IMG/VR virus record: IMGVR_UViG_3300037440_000109
Coordinates: 1-27,186 of that record
Strand: one strand, 5' to 3'
From: a virus
Taxonomy: Duplodnaviria > Caudoviricetes
Length of the DNA: 27,186 bases
Under the pieces are notes generated by a model. The model had not been told where the DNA came from and ran no database searches. It saw only the letters and a list, made by a program, of their open reading frames with translations. The position numbers and the translations under genes are program-made. The first letter of the stretch is position 1; every line of letters begins with the position of its first letter. Shown here piece by piece: positions 16,049 to 24,459 of this stretch.

Positions 16049-18394
16049 TTATTGAACTGCTGTGTCGTCGTACTCGGCAATCGCGCGCGGCGGTTGTCCG
16101 TTCACGCGTTCCATGCGAACAGATTTCATGCGCGGCTTTGCCTTGATTTCGGCGAGGAGAGCCTGCATCTGCTGCATGATCCCGTGTGCCATTTCCATGA
16201 ACTGCGCTGCGGCTGCGTCGATCTGAGCCACAGCTTCGGCTGCTTGCGATAGCCCCTCGGTGCCGGCGTCGGTCTGCTGCTGTTGCGCCTCGATTTGGGA
16301 GCGCTGCCCTTCAAGTTGCTGCTTCTGGCCGTCGAGCTGCGCGGATTCCATGTCGAGCTTCGACTCTCGCGCCTGAAGGTCGGCCATGACCTTGGCGATT
16401 TTCGCCTCGAAGCGCGCCTCCTCGGTCTGTAGCTTCGCAATCGCCTTCTCAACTTCTGACTTTGCTTTCTCCGACTGCTGCTGTTCCTGCTGTACCTCTT
16501 GCGCTGCCTGCTGCACCAACTCAGTCTGCTGCTGAACCATCTGCATGGCTTGCTCGGCTTGTGCCATTGCAGCTTGGGCTTCGGGGGGTATCTCCTTGCC
16601 CTCGGACAGCATCTTCTGGATCGGTGGCGGGAGCATCGCTGCTCTGCGCTTCGCGATCTCCTCGGAGTACGGGTAATCCAACGCTTTGTAGACGAGATCA
16701 GCAGCGGTTGGCATGAGCATTTCGTCGTACTTCGCCATCTCTCCGTACACTTCTGCCGCTTCCTGGCGCATCGTGGAGAACGACGGCCCAACGGTAATCG
16801 CCACGTCGTACTTGCCCGTAGACAAATCGTTGACGCGAATCATCTTGCCCGAAGCAGGGTCCATCACTTGCTCGTTGACCTTCGCGTAATCCTCGGCTCC
16901 ATCGGCGCCAATGATCCTCAGCTCACGCTCTGAGTCGTAAATCTCCGGTATCAGATCAATCAGGATCTCCCACGTCCTGCGAATCCCCTTCGCCATGTTG
17001 TCCGGGAAGTTGTAGGTCACGACCTGCGCTTGATTCTGCTTCCTAGCCAATGCAATGCCGGACTTCTCGCCCGACTCCTCGCCGAACGACGCCTCGTGTA
17101 ATCCGGTCGTGTCCCGAATGTCTTGAGCGGAGATCTGCGCTTGCTGAATCAGTGCGACAGGGACTTGTGCGCCCATCTTGTCAGCCGGCGGACCTGGTGC
17201 TTTCGCGTCCGGGTTGTAGAGCTGAAACGGCATGTTCTCTTTGTGAGCTATCGCCCACTGGGTCGTGTGGCCCTTGGCCTGATCGGGCGTAGCCCAGAAC
17301 TTCGCTTGCGGCGCAAGGGCAATGGTCTCGTCGATTGACGTGCGCGAGATGTTGTACGACCGCTGAGCGTCTTTGCTGAACCGGTGCAGCCCCCACCAAT
17401 GTAGTCGCCCATCGATAACCTTGACCTCCCCGTACACCATGATGAACCGATGCTGAGAGCCAGCCTGAACCGAGGGTTTAGCGAGAAGCTTGTCTCCGCC
17501 CCCGACAATGCACTGCATGATCCTGTGACACTTCGCGGTGCGGCGGTCCTTCACCATCGCCTCGAAGTTAGGCTGTTGGGCCAGCGCCTGACCTTCGTCG
17601 GACATGGAGTCCACAGTAATGGTCTTGGTGGTGCCGTTCTCTTGAGGAAAAGCCACTAACCAGATCTCTTTGTCGTACGGCTCCTTGTACCAATACTCGG
17701 CCACTCGAACGTGCTCGTCCGTCTCCCATTCCTCGTCATCGTCGAATTGAACATCGTCCGTGAAACTCACCGGTTCAGCTTTCGGATACCGCGCCTCGAA
17801 GGCTTTCTTGGATATCTTCTCGGTGAGAATCCAATCCTCAGCATCCCGCTTCATCACGTCCTGACACGACGGATCGGCATACAGGCAAAACGGATTCTTG
17901 ATCGGCTTGATGACGATGTCCTGATCGAACACCGTGTCATCCGAATACTCGGTCTCTACTCGCCACGCCCCCATTCCGGCATCGATTTGATACTCCGCGG
18001 CGTTATCGACAATCGTGTCAAGATCGGAGATGTTGGCTATGTTCCTGCACAACCCCTCGTACAGTTCAGCCGTCTTCTTATCGCCGCCCTCGACCGCTCG
18101 AACCTTCCCCTGCGGCCGATTGGCTCGGATCTCGTTGATAACACGCTTGCCGTTGATCCGCAGCTTGTTGAACTCGTAGCATGGCCTATTGCCCCGCTCC
18201 TTCTTCATGTTCTTGTCCCACTGAGCTCCAGGCTCGTTGACGAACCGCAGATCCTCCAGCGCCTTGGTGCGATTGTCCTGATCCGCCTCGGTCATGACCT
18301 TGAAGCGATCACGGATACGAATGAGCAGCTTTTGCTCGTCCGTGCGCGATGGCTTCTCCGATTTCTCGGCTTTGGGCTTCTTTCGATAGGCCAT
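16049..18394 (-). CDS. Portal protein, P22-like, with long Gln-rich C-terminal coiled coil (781 aa)
   Basis: Motifs EDLRF...GAQW, RPCYEFNKL, GMGAWRV, KDAQRSYN, SGIALARKQ and GKYDVAITVGPSFSTMRQEA. Follows TerL. Confidence 0.93.
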   Translation of the reverse strand: MAYRKKPKAEKSEKPSRTDEQKLLIRIRDRFKVMTEADQDNRTKALEDLRFVNEPGAQWDKNMKKERGNRPCYEFNKLRINGKRVINEIRANRPQGKVRAVEGGDKKTAELYEGLCRNIANISDLDTIVDNAAEYQIDAGMGAWRVETEYSDDTVFDQDIVIKPIKNPFCLYADPSCQDVMKRDAEDWILTEKISKKAFEARYPKAEPVSFTDDVQFDDDEEWETDEHVRVAEYWYKEPYDKEIWLVAFPQENGTTKTITVDSMSDEGQALAQQPNFEAMVKDRRTAKCHRIMQCIVGGGDKLLAKPSVQAGSQHRFIMVYGEVKVIDGRLHWWGLHRFSKDAQRSYNISRTSIDETIALAPQAKFWATPDQAKGHTTQWAIAHKENMPFQLYNPDAKAPGPPADKMGAQVPVALIQQAQISAQDIRDTTGLHEASFGEESGEKSGIALARKQNQAQVVTYNFPDNMAKGIRRTWEILIDLIPEIYDSERELRIIGADGAEDYAKVNEQVMDPASGKMIRVNDLSTGKYDVAITVGPSFSTMRQEAAEVYGEMAKYDEMLMPTAADLVYKALDYPYSEEIAKRRAAMLPPPIQKMLSEGKEIPPEAQAAMAQAEQAMQMVQQQTELVQQAAQEVQQEQQQSEKAKSEVEKAIAKLQTEEARFEAKIAKVMADLQARESKLDMESAQLDGQKQQLEGQRSQIEAQQQQTDAGTEGLSQAAEAVAQIDAAAAQFMEMAHGIMQQMQALLAEIKAKPRMKSVRMERVNGQPPRAIAEYDDTAVQ

Positions 18395-19716
18395 CAGGCT
18401 GCGTATCCGCGACGAAAGCCGGCGTAGGGGTCGGTAATCACGGAGCCTTCACCAAATATCTGTTCTGCGCACACGCACATCAGACCGAAGCTGTCCGACC
18501 CGTGGCTCGACCAATCATGTTCAGGCCCAAGTCCGATATTGCGCACGTCATCTTTTTTCTCGTGATACCAGCCAAGCGCGTCGAGCCCGCCTTGCGTCGT
18601 TGCCTCGTTGAACCAAATGGACGGGAAGTGACGACGGCCCGCCTCAATACGAGCCTTGGCTGCGCCCTTGCCTTGGTTCGGAACGACCGTCACGTCGTAC
18701 CCAGCAGCTTTGATCGCGGACGCATATGAGACATCAAACACCTTGTCGTTCGATTCGCCGTCGTGCGGCAACCAAACCTGTGAGCGCTTCGGTATGTAGT
18801 CACGGTCACGCATCCAATTCAGATGCGTCGCAAGCGGTTGCCCTACGGCCTCGTAATAGTCAAGAGCGCGGATTTCGCGGCCGATGAATTGAGCTACCCA
18901 GATCGATACGGCATCGGCCTTGGCTCCAGTTCCCCCAATATCGAAGAACAGGCGGTGCGTCATCAGCGGGTCTGCCGATACGCGCCCTATCCGACCCGCC
19001 GCTCGAGCCGCAGTGAGGCAAGCTGCGTAGTAAGCGCCCTCAATCACGCTCACGTAACCGCCTTCCCAAATGTGGTCGTACTGATCGGGCTGCGTCCTCA
19101 GGCAGTCCAGCCGTTCCTGCTTGAGCTCGGATGTAAGAAACGGGTTGTCACGCCAGTTCGCCTTGAGGACAACCGCCCCAGTCGGTAAGTCTGGCCCGCG
19201 CAACATCACGTCAACCGGATCTGACTTGCGCCGCGGGTTCCATCCGAACCAGCGTTGGGCCCCATCAGCCCGAAGCGTCGGGCGCAACAAGCTCAAAGAA
19301 TGCGCGGTCGCCGTGTGCGCCTCTTCCCACCAAGCGCGCTTAAAGCCTTCCAGCGACTTGATCGAGTCAGCGGTGTAATCGTTCATCCCCTTGAAGATGA
19401 TGATCCCGTCCCGCGGCGTCTGGATGACATCCCGATAGACCTTGAACCCGTCTGCCTCACCAATACGATGGACTCGGAGCCGAGTTTCAATCAGCAACTT
19501 TGCCGACTGCGCTAGATCCTTCTGAACCTCGCGGATACAAACCGATCGTAGCCCTTCGCCTTCCTCTCCTGGCTCGGCGAGACTGTCGTCTATGAGATGG
19601 TCGGCGTAGAAGTAGCTCTTGCCGCTACCGCGACCACCCCAGATTCCCTTATACCGAGCCGGCCCCAAAAGCGGCTCGAATACCTCGGCTGTCTCAATCC
19701 TCAGGGTTCGCGGCAC
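18394..19716 (-). CDS. terL: Terminase large subunit (440 aa)
   Basis: Walker A GGRGSGKS, CIREVQ, IKSLEG, Walker B AWWEEA, nuclease FFDIG and HDWSSHGSDSF. Confidence 0.95.
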   Translation of the reverse strand: MPRTLRIETAEVFEPLLGPARYKGIWGGRGSGKSYFYADHLIDDSLAEPGEEGEGLRSVCIREVQKDLAQSAKLLIETRLRVHRIGEADGFKVYRDVIQTPRDGIIIFKGMNDYTADSIKSLEGFKRAWWEEAHTATAHSLSLLRPTLRADGAQRWFGWNPRRKSDPVDVMLRGPDLPTGAVVLKANWRDNPFLTSELKQERLDCLRTQPDQYDHIWEGGYVSVIEGAYYAACLTAARAAGRIGRVSADPLMTHRLFFDIGGTGAKADAVSIWVAQFIGREIRALDYYEAVGQPLATHLNWMRDRDYIPKRSQVWLPHDGESNDKVFDVSYASAIKAAGYDVTVVPNQGKGAAKARIEAGRRHFPSIWFNEATTQGGLDALGWYHEKKDDVRNIGLGPEHDWSSHGSDSFGLMCVCAEQIFGEGSVITDPYAGFRRGYAA

Positions 19717-19975
19717 GAATCAAAACCCGCTCGATCTTCTCGACCTTGACCGGCGGCTCATCGTCATCACCAACAATGGGCTGCGGGACCTTGCCGTCCA
19801 ATCGATCCCATATGAGGTTCTGCGCCCACGAATCCCCTGCCTTAGCGCTGTCTATGAGCTTGCGAGCCACGGCTTTGACATCCTCAGGGTTCTGCGTCAG
19901 CTCGCGCTTGAGAGCGTCTGTGAGCATCCTGTTGCGCTTACGAGCGTTCTGGTTGCCTTCTGGAGCTCCGGCCAT
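19694..19975 (-). CDS. Putative terminase small subunit (93 aa)
   Basis: GAPEGNQNA N-terminal motif and AKAGD..A...IWDRLDGKVPQ. Overlaps the TerL start. Confidence 0.7.
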   Translation of the reverse strand: MAGAPEGNQNARKRNRMLTDALKRELTQNPEDVKAVARKLIDSAKAGDSWAQNLIWDRLDGKVPQPIVGDDDEPPVKVEKIERVLIRAANPED

Positions 19976-19991
19976 TGAAATCAATCCTAAG

Positions 19992-20339
19992 CTATGGCGA
20001 ACCGTAAAGATTCTCGACAGTCCACACGACCGACTCTCGATGCTGATCTACTGCCTCGAAGTCCGAAGCTATCGTGAGCTGTTTGAGCTCGGTCTTGTTG
20101 CACTCGTTCTGAATGGCGTTGTGCGTGGCTGTAATAGCGATACTCACGTTCGAGGCCGCTGAGACTGTCGTCCAATCTGCCAGTTCAGTACAGGTCGTCA
20201 GACAGTCAATACGGTATTTCACGCTTGCCGGCGTATCGGCTGCTGCTGTTGACCGAGTACGGAAGTAGGCCGTTGCTGTGAAAGCAGAACCTTCCCGCCA
20301 TTTCGTTTTCGGGAGTTGAATGGCGATTTGATCGGCCAT
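19992..20339 (-). CDS. Hypothetical beta-rich (Ig-like?) phage protein (115 aa)
   Basis: TGATG coupling with the upstream gene. Alternating beta-strand pattern AFTATAYF, VKYRID, VSIAIT. Confidence 0.7.
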   Translation of the reverse strand: MADQIAIQLPKTKWREGSAFTATAYFRTRSTAAADTPASVKYRIDCLTTCTELADWTTVSAASNVSIAITATHNAIQNECNKTELKQLTIASDFEAVDQHRESVVWTVENLYGSP

Positions 20340-20635
20340 CAGTTGCGCCTACCAGAATAAACCGCAGTCCGGTCCCTCGATAGCTGCACCTCGAGCTCGT
20401 CAGCGTTGGCGTCGGTCAAGTCCGCAAACACCGTGAACTTGCGGCTTTGATCCCCCGCAATTCTCTTGGCTGTTCGCCCACCATGACGAAGGAATGCACT
20501 GAGCTTCAAGGCTGTGTCGTAGTCCATTCGGCAGTTCTTGGTGCCGATCGTCATGACAACGACAGTTCCCTCGACCCTCACGCCATAAGGCGTTTGCTTT
20601 AGGATCTTTTCGCCGATCTCCTTGCTCTGCATCAA
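20339..20635 (-). CDS. Hypothetical protein (98 aa)
   Basis: Overlaps both neighbours at stop/start codons, consistent with translational coupling. Confidence 0.7.
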   Translation of the reverse strand: MMQSKEIGEKILKQTPYGVRVEGTVVVMTIGTKNCRMDYDTALKLSAFLRHGGRTAKRIAGDQSRKFTVFADLTDANADELEVQLSRDRTAVYSGRRN

Positions 20636-21075
20636 TCGAGCGTCCAGTCCATCGCGCCAATGGCGTATTGGGCATTTACCCCATCGTTGATGACCAGATC
20701 AGCGTTCAGATCCGCGTGCAGGTTCAAAGCGTCTCCCGTCGCGAGGAATCCAAGCCCACAGTGAACAACCGTATCCGGTCCGCCGGCTGACATCTCCCCG
20801 AACTGAATCAGCGCTGCATTGCTGGCAGAATTACCCGATACCGTCCATCCAGATCCGCTTCTGGCCTGCGTGGGCCGCGCATAGCCTGTGTAAGCCACTT
20901 CGTCCGCGGTCAGCAGCGTGTCACCGTCGATGTAGGCCACTGTCGCTAGTGCAAGCTGCGTACTGCCAGCGCCCGCCGAGCCAACTAACCCCGCCGCATC
21001 CCCAATGTTCGTGATGTCGGTGTTGTTGAACAGCAGCGTCAGCCACGATGTTTCAAAAGCGTCTGTTGCACTCAA
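20632..21075 (-). CDS. Small fibre/appendage-associated structural protein (147 aa)
   Basis: TTG start with AGGAG. LLFNNTDITNIGDAAGL...EVAYTGYARP...RSGSGWTVSGN...N...I.F matches a widespread family usually annotated as phage tail fibre protein. Confidence 0.7.
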   Translation of the reverse strand: MSATDAFETSWLTLLFNNTDITNIGDAAGLVGSAGAGSTQLALATVAYIDGDTLLTADEVAYTGYARPTQARSGSGWTVSGNSASNAALIQFGEMSAGGPDTVVHCGLGFLATGDALNLHADLNADLVINDGVNAQYAIGAMDWTLD

Positions 21076-21084
21076 TGGTGTCTC

Positions 21085-22734
21085 CTAGTCATTCAACAGC
21101 AAGGTCATTGAAAGAATGAGGAATTCCTCTTCTTCGTTAGCCCTTTGCATCTCTCGGTCCAAGGCTTCCAAAGCTGAAAAATTGCCCCTAGCGATCGCGC
21201 GCTCAAATGCCGTAGCAACGCGCTCGCTGTATCGCTTGGCAGCCGCGATGTCTTGGCTTTCTCTTGCCAGATCCTTGAGTCGATCAAGCTCTTGCCTCCG
21301 GTCGTCGATCGCCTCTTGCTCTCGTAAGAGCTGGGCAATGTTGCGATCCAGATCGTCCTGTATCTCGTCCGTCTCTTCTTCGAGCCGTTTGCGTTCCCTG
21401 GCTCTTGCTCTTCGTCGCTGTAACTCGGATTCGTAACTGCCGAGAAATCCCCAACCACCGCTCGCAGCTTCAACAGCCAGATTGCTAGCCAGCGCAGCAG
21501 AAGAACCAAACGTGATATTCCCAACAGCCGCTAAGCCGCCAAGGGCATTGAGGAGAGCACTTGAACCGAACACCATCGAGCCGGTGGCGGTCATGTCGCC
21601 AGCCGTGGCTGCCTGAAGATCGGCAGACGAAACCCACGTCATCGCACCGGTCGCAGCGAGCGAGCCCGTTGCATCAAGATCGGCGGTTGATCCGAACTGA
21701 ACGGCACCGGTGGCCGTGAGTTCACCTATCGCGTCTAGGTCAGCCGATGACCCAAACTGCATCGCACCGGTGGCAACCAGCTCGTTCGATAGCCCGCTAC
21801 CAAGATCAGCGGACGAGCCAAACACTACTGCCCCGGTGGCAGTCAGCGTGCCTGTTGCGTCAAGGTTCGCGCTTGAACCAAAGGCGATCGCGCCCACTGC
21901 CGCCAATGAGCCGATCGCGTCTAAGTCTGCGGATGATCCAAAAGCTTGCGCACCGACCGCAGCCAGCGCTCCAGTCGCGGTGAGTGCTGCCGATGCTCCG
22001 AAGGCTTGCGCGCCAGTGGCGGCAAGTGTTCCGGTAGCACTCAGATCAGCGCTTGACCCGAATGACAGGGCGCCGGTCGCATCAATGTCGTCTGTGGACG
22101 CGGCCGGATACACCGCAACGGTGTACGGGAAATTGCCCTGCACGTCCGTGAGCGCGGGCGCTCCGGGATCTTCGGCGCTCGCGTTGAGCGCCTGCTCAGC
22201 CGAGGCTGCCAATGATCGCGCGGTCGCGATCTGCTGTCCGTCCGTGTAATCGGTCGGGAACGTGTCCACAGACATCGTTCCATCGTTGCCCCTGCCTGCC
22301 CCGAGCAAGTACAGCCACAGGTAATCTAGCGCTCCACCGGCAGGCGTGAGACTCGGGGAGTCACCTTGAGTCGCCGGATTGGTCGCCATCCCGGCTTCGG
22401 GTGGCGTCGCCGCATCATGATCGATAATCCGCAGACTGACGTGCGAGGTCTGCGCATTGATGCTAGTGGTAAACGCGACAGACGCGCCTTCACCGCCATC
22501 GGCGACGCGATACCACGCCACCGACGAGACACGAGTCGCCCCGCCGGTGTCGAGGACATCCCAACCGCTAGGCGTGGAGAACGTAGCCGGAGTGGTGCCG
22601 CTAAGCACTGTGCAGCCCACCGCAACGATGAGCAGATCGCCCGAAGAGATACTAGCCGGCAGGCTCGCAGAATGGCTGGTCGATGCAGTGCCGGTTGAGC
22701 TCGTATTACGGGCAGCAACCGAGGGAAAGGCCAT
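21085..22734 (-). CDS. Fibre-like protein: N-terminal beta domain, ten ~20-aa repeats, charged C-terminal coiled coil (549 aa)
   Basis: Ser/Thr-rich N-domain (LPASISSGDLLIVAV, TPSGW, WYRVADGGE), repeat LxAxGAxxFGSSAxLxAxGx and an E/R-rich tail. Confidence 0.8.
   Translation of the reverse strand: MAFPSVAARNTSSTGTASTSHSASLPASISSGDLLIVAVGCTVLSGTTPATFSTPSGWDVLDTGGATRVSSVAWYRVADGGEGASVAFTTSINAQTSHVSLRIIDHDAATPPEAGMATNPATQGDSPSLTPAGGALDYLWLYLLGAGRGNDGTMSVDTFPTDYTDGQQIATARSLAASAEQALNASAEDPGAPALTDVQGNFPYTVAVYPAASTDDIDATGALSFGSSADLSATGTLAATGAQAFGASAALTATGALAAVGAQAFGSSADLDAIGSLAAVGAIAFGSSANLDATGTLTATGAVVFGSSADLGSGLSNELVATGAMQFGSSADLDAIGELTATGAVQFGSTADLDATGSLAATGAMTWVSSADLQAATAGDMTATGSMVFGSSALLNALGGLAAVGNITFGSSAALASNLAVEAASGGWGFLGSYESELQRRRARARERKRLEEETDEIQDDLDRNIAQLLREQEAIDDRRQELDRLKDLARESQDIAAAKRYSERVATAFERAIARGNFSALEALDREMQRANEEEEFLILSMTLLLND
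21485..22090 (-). repeat. Degenerate tandem ~60-bp (20-aa) coding repeat, about 10 units
   Basis: Examples: LAAVGAQAFGSSADLDAIGS / LAAVGAIAFGSSANLDATGT / LTATGAVQFGSTADLDATGS. Two units carry 2-aa insertions. Confidence 0.9.
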
Positions 22735-24452
22735 TACTGAATAGTCGTATTACCCGACCCGATCTGCGCCGGATTGCTCGTCGTTTGATTTCCCCAGCGG
22801 ATCGAGACGGGCGCTTGAAATCGATTGTTCGTCAGCGTCGATCGGCCGGCGACGGTGTTGGACTCGAGCAATACCGCGGTTTGGGTGCCGCGGAACGTGT
22901 TGCCGTCGATGGTGAGATCGAAATTCTCTCTCCAGTTTTGGTTAATTCCGATCCCGACGTTCTGAATCAGGTTGCTCAAGATCTGAACATTCATGCCGGT
23001 CTTGTCCAACTGCACACCCATCCCGCGAGTACCCTCGGTCGTCACGTTGTCGCGCAGCTCGTTGTCCCTGATCTCCACGATGCCCAACGAATCCTCGACT
23101 CTGATCGCGCTGACGTTGTCGTAGACGATGTTGCGCAAAAAGTGCGTGTCGATTGGCGCTCCATCCGCACCCACTACAATCCCGACGCCATCCGAACCTG
23201 AGTTGGACTGCGAGCAACGACTCGGCAGGCTGGGTAGACACCAGGTGGCATCCCTCGGCGCTCCACGATGACCGTAGATTTGAGTCCCGATCACCCAGAC
23301 GTTTTGGATGTACTTGGAGTCAAATCCATTCTCGCGGTTGTGGTGAAAGCGACCGCCGACGATGTAGATGTTCGTCGGCCGCGCGTTCTCCAGTTGATGC
23401 CCTGCTTGGAAACCATCACCCGAACACTCGGTTCCCTCAGGCTCGATGATCCACAGGTTGCGGGTATTCTCCCCTGCGCTGAAACAGTGCTTGTCGTTGC
23501 CCAGCATCCGCTTCGATGTGACCCGATACGCCACGACGTCGGTCCCGGACATGACCAGACCACCGCGCACCGCAAAGCCCGCGCCGTCGATCATCGAGTC
23601 GCGAATCACGTAGTTGCTGCCGTTGATCCGAACGGTATTGCCGCTCACCGTCAGGCCGTGAATCCGGCAGTTGTTCGCCGTGATCTGCAAAATCTGATTG
23701 CCTGTGCTCACGAATGAACCAGTGAGACCAGCGGGATTCGCCGCCGTGCCGTTGCAGGTCACGTTGACGAACTGAGTGCCCGGTTGCGTGCCTTGCAGGG
23801 CGAGAGTCTGCGAGCTACCCGGTAACGCATCCCAGCCGGTGAACGGTGCGGGAACCTCACTCGGCCAGCCGGTCGGCGGCGGACCTGGATCGGGCTCCGG
23901 GACGGGATCGGGGTCAGGAATCGGATCCGGCTCGGGCTCTGGGTTTGGCTCCGGATCCGGCTCGGGCTCTGGGCCAGGCTCGCCCTGCTCGTAGATCCAC
24001 GGCCACGACACGTTGCCCGAAGCGCGCTCGCTGTAACCAACCGTGCACACCTGCGTCTGGCGCGTCGGGCACTCATAGCCGCCTGAGAACGACTCACAGC
24101 CGGTAAAGCACTCCCCGGGCTCCGGAATAGGATCGGGATCGGGGATCGGATCTGGGTCCGGCTCAGGGATTGGATCTGGATCAGGCTCCGGAATGGGATC
24201 GGGATCAGGAGGTGGCTGCGGTGCAGCAGTGACCGTCACAGCCGCGACAGAGCGGCACGTGTACTGACCAGCACCCCGAGCATCGGCAGCCGCAGCGCAC
24301 GCCTCGAGCGTCGAGTGGCCGCGCGAGACCACACGACCATAGAACCACGCAACGCGGTATAGGTCCCAACCGCCAGGGGCTACGGTGACATCGGCCAATG
24401 CCGAACCGCACAGCAGCGCAGCAGCCAGAGCAGCAATGAATTTCATGTTCAT
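22734..24452 (-). CDS. Signal-peptide protein with Pro/Asp/Glu linkers and right-handed parallel beta-helix (putative polysaccharide lyase/depolymerase), 572 aa
   Basis: MKFIAALAAALLCGSALA-D Sec-type signal with ALA cleavage. Beta-helix repeats such as CSGDGFQAG, FHHNRENGFDSK and FLRNIVYDN. Confidence 0.8.
   Translation of the reverse strand: MNMKFIAALAAALLCGSALADVTVAPGGWDLYRVAWFYGRVVSRGHSTLEACAAAADARGAGQYTCRSVAAVTVTAAPQPPPDPDPIPEPDPDPIPEPDPDPIPDPDPIPEPGECFTGCESFSGGYECPTRQTQVCTVGYSERASGNVSWPWIYEQGEPGPEPEPDPEPNPEPEPDPIPDPDPVPEPDPGPPPTGWPSEVPAPFTGWDALPGSSQTLALQGTQPGTQFVNVTCNGTAANPAGLTGSFVSTGNQILQITANNCRIHGLTVSGNTVRINGSNYVIRDSMIDGAGFAVRGGLVMSGTDVVAYRVTSKRMLGNDKHCFSAGENTRNLWIIEPEGTECSGDGFQAGHQLENARPTNIYIVGGRFHHNRENGFDSKYIQNVWVIGTQIYGHRGAPRDATWCLPSLPSRCSQSNSGSDGVGIVVGADGAPIDTHFLRNIVYDNVSAIRVEDSLGIVEIRDNELRDNVTTEGTRGMGVQLDKTGMNVQILSNLIQNVGIGINQNWRENFDLTIDGNTFRGTQTAVLLESNTVAGRSTLTNNRFQAPVSIRWGNQTTSNPAQIGSGNTTIQ
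23872..23984 (-). repeat. Pro-Glu/Asp linker 2
   Basis: GEPGPEPEPDPEPNPEPEPDPIPDPDPVPEPDPGPPP. Confidence 0.9.
24116..24222 (-). repeat. Pro-Asp/Glu linker 1 (DPDPIPEP units)
   Basis: PQPPPDPDPIPEPDPDPIPEPDPDPIPDPDPIPEP, with synonymous divergence between units. Confidence 0.9.
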
Positions 24453-24459
24453 AAGTGAC

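Noticed and set aside
17711-18427. Long plus-strand ORFs antisense to structural genes (also 13867-14418, 14488-15036, 21710-22249, 25627-26313)
   Set aside because: These are shadow ORFs expected opposite GC-rich genes. They have no recognisable motifs and fully overlap well-supported genes.
19694-19991. pac site in or near terS
   Set aside because: Expected by analogy with P22, but no sequence feature identifies it. Read-coverage or terminus data are needed.
21485-24222. Periodic DNA repeats as a possible CRISPR array
   Set aside because: They are in-frame coding repeats with synonymous variation and no repeat-spacer structure.
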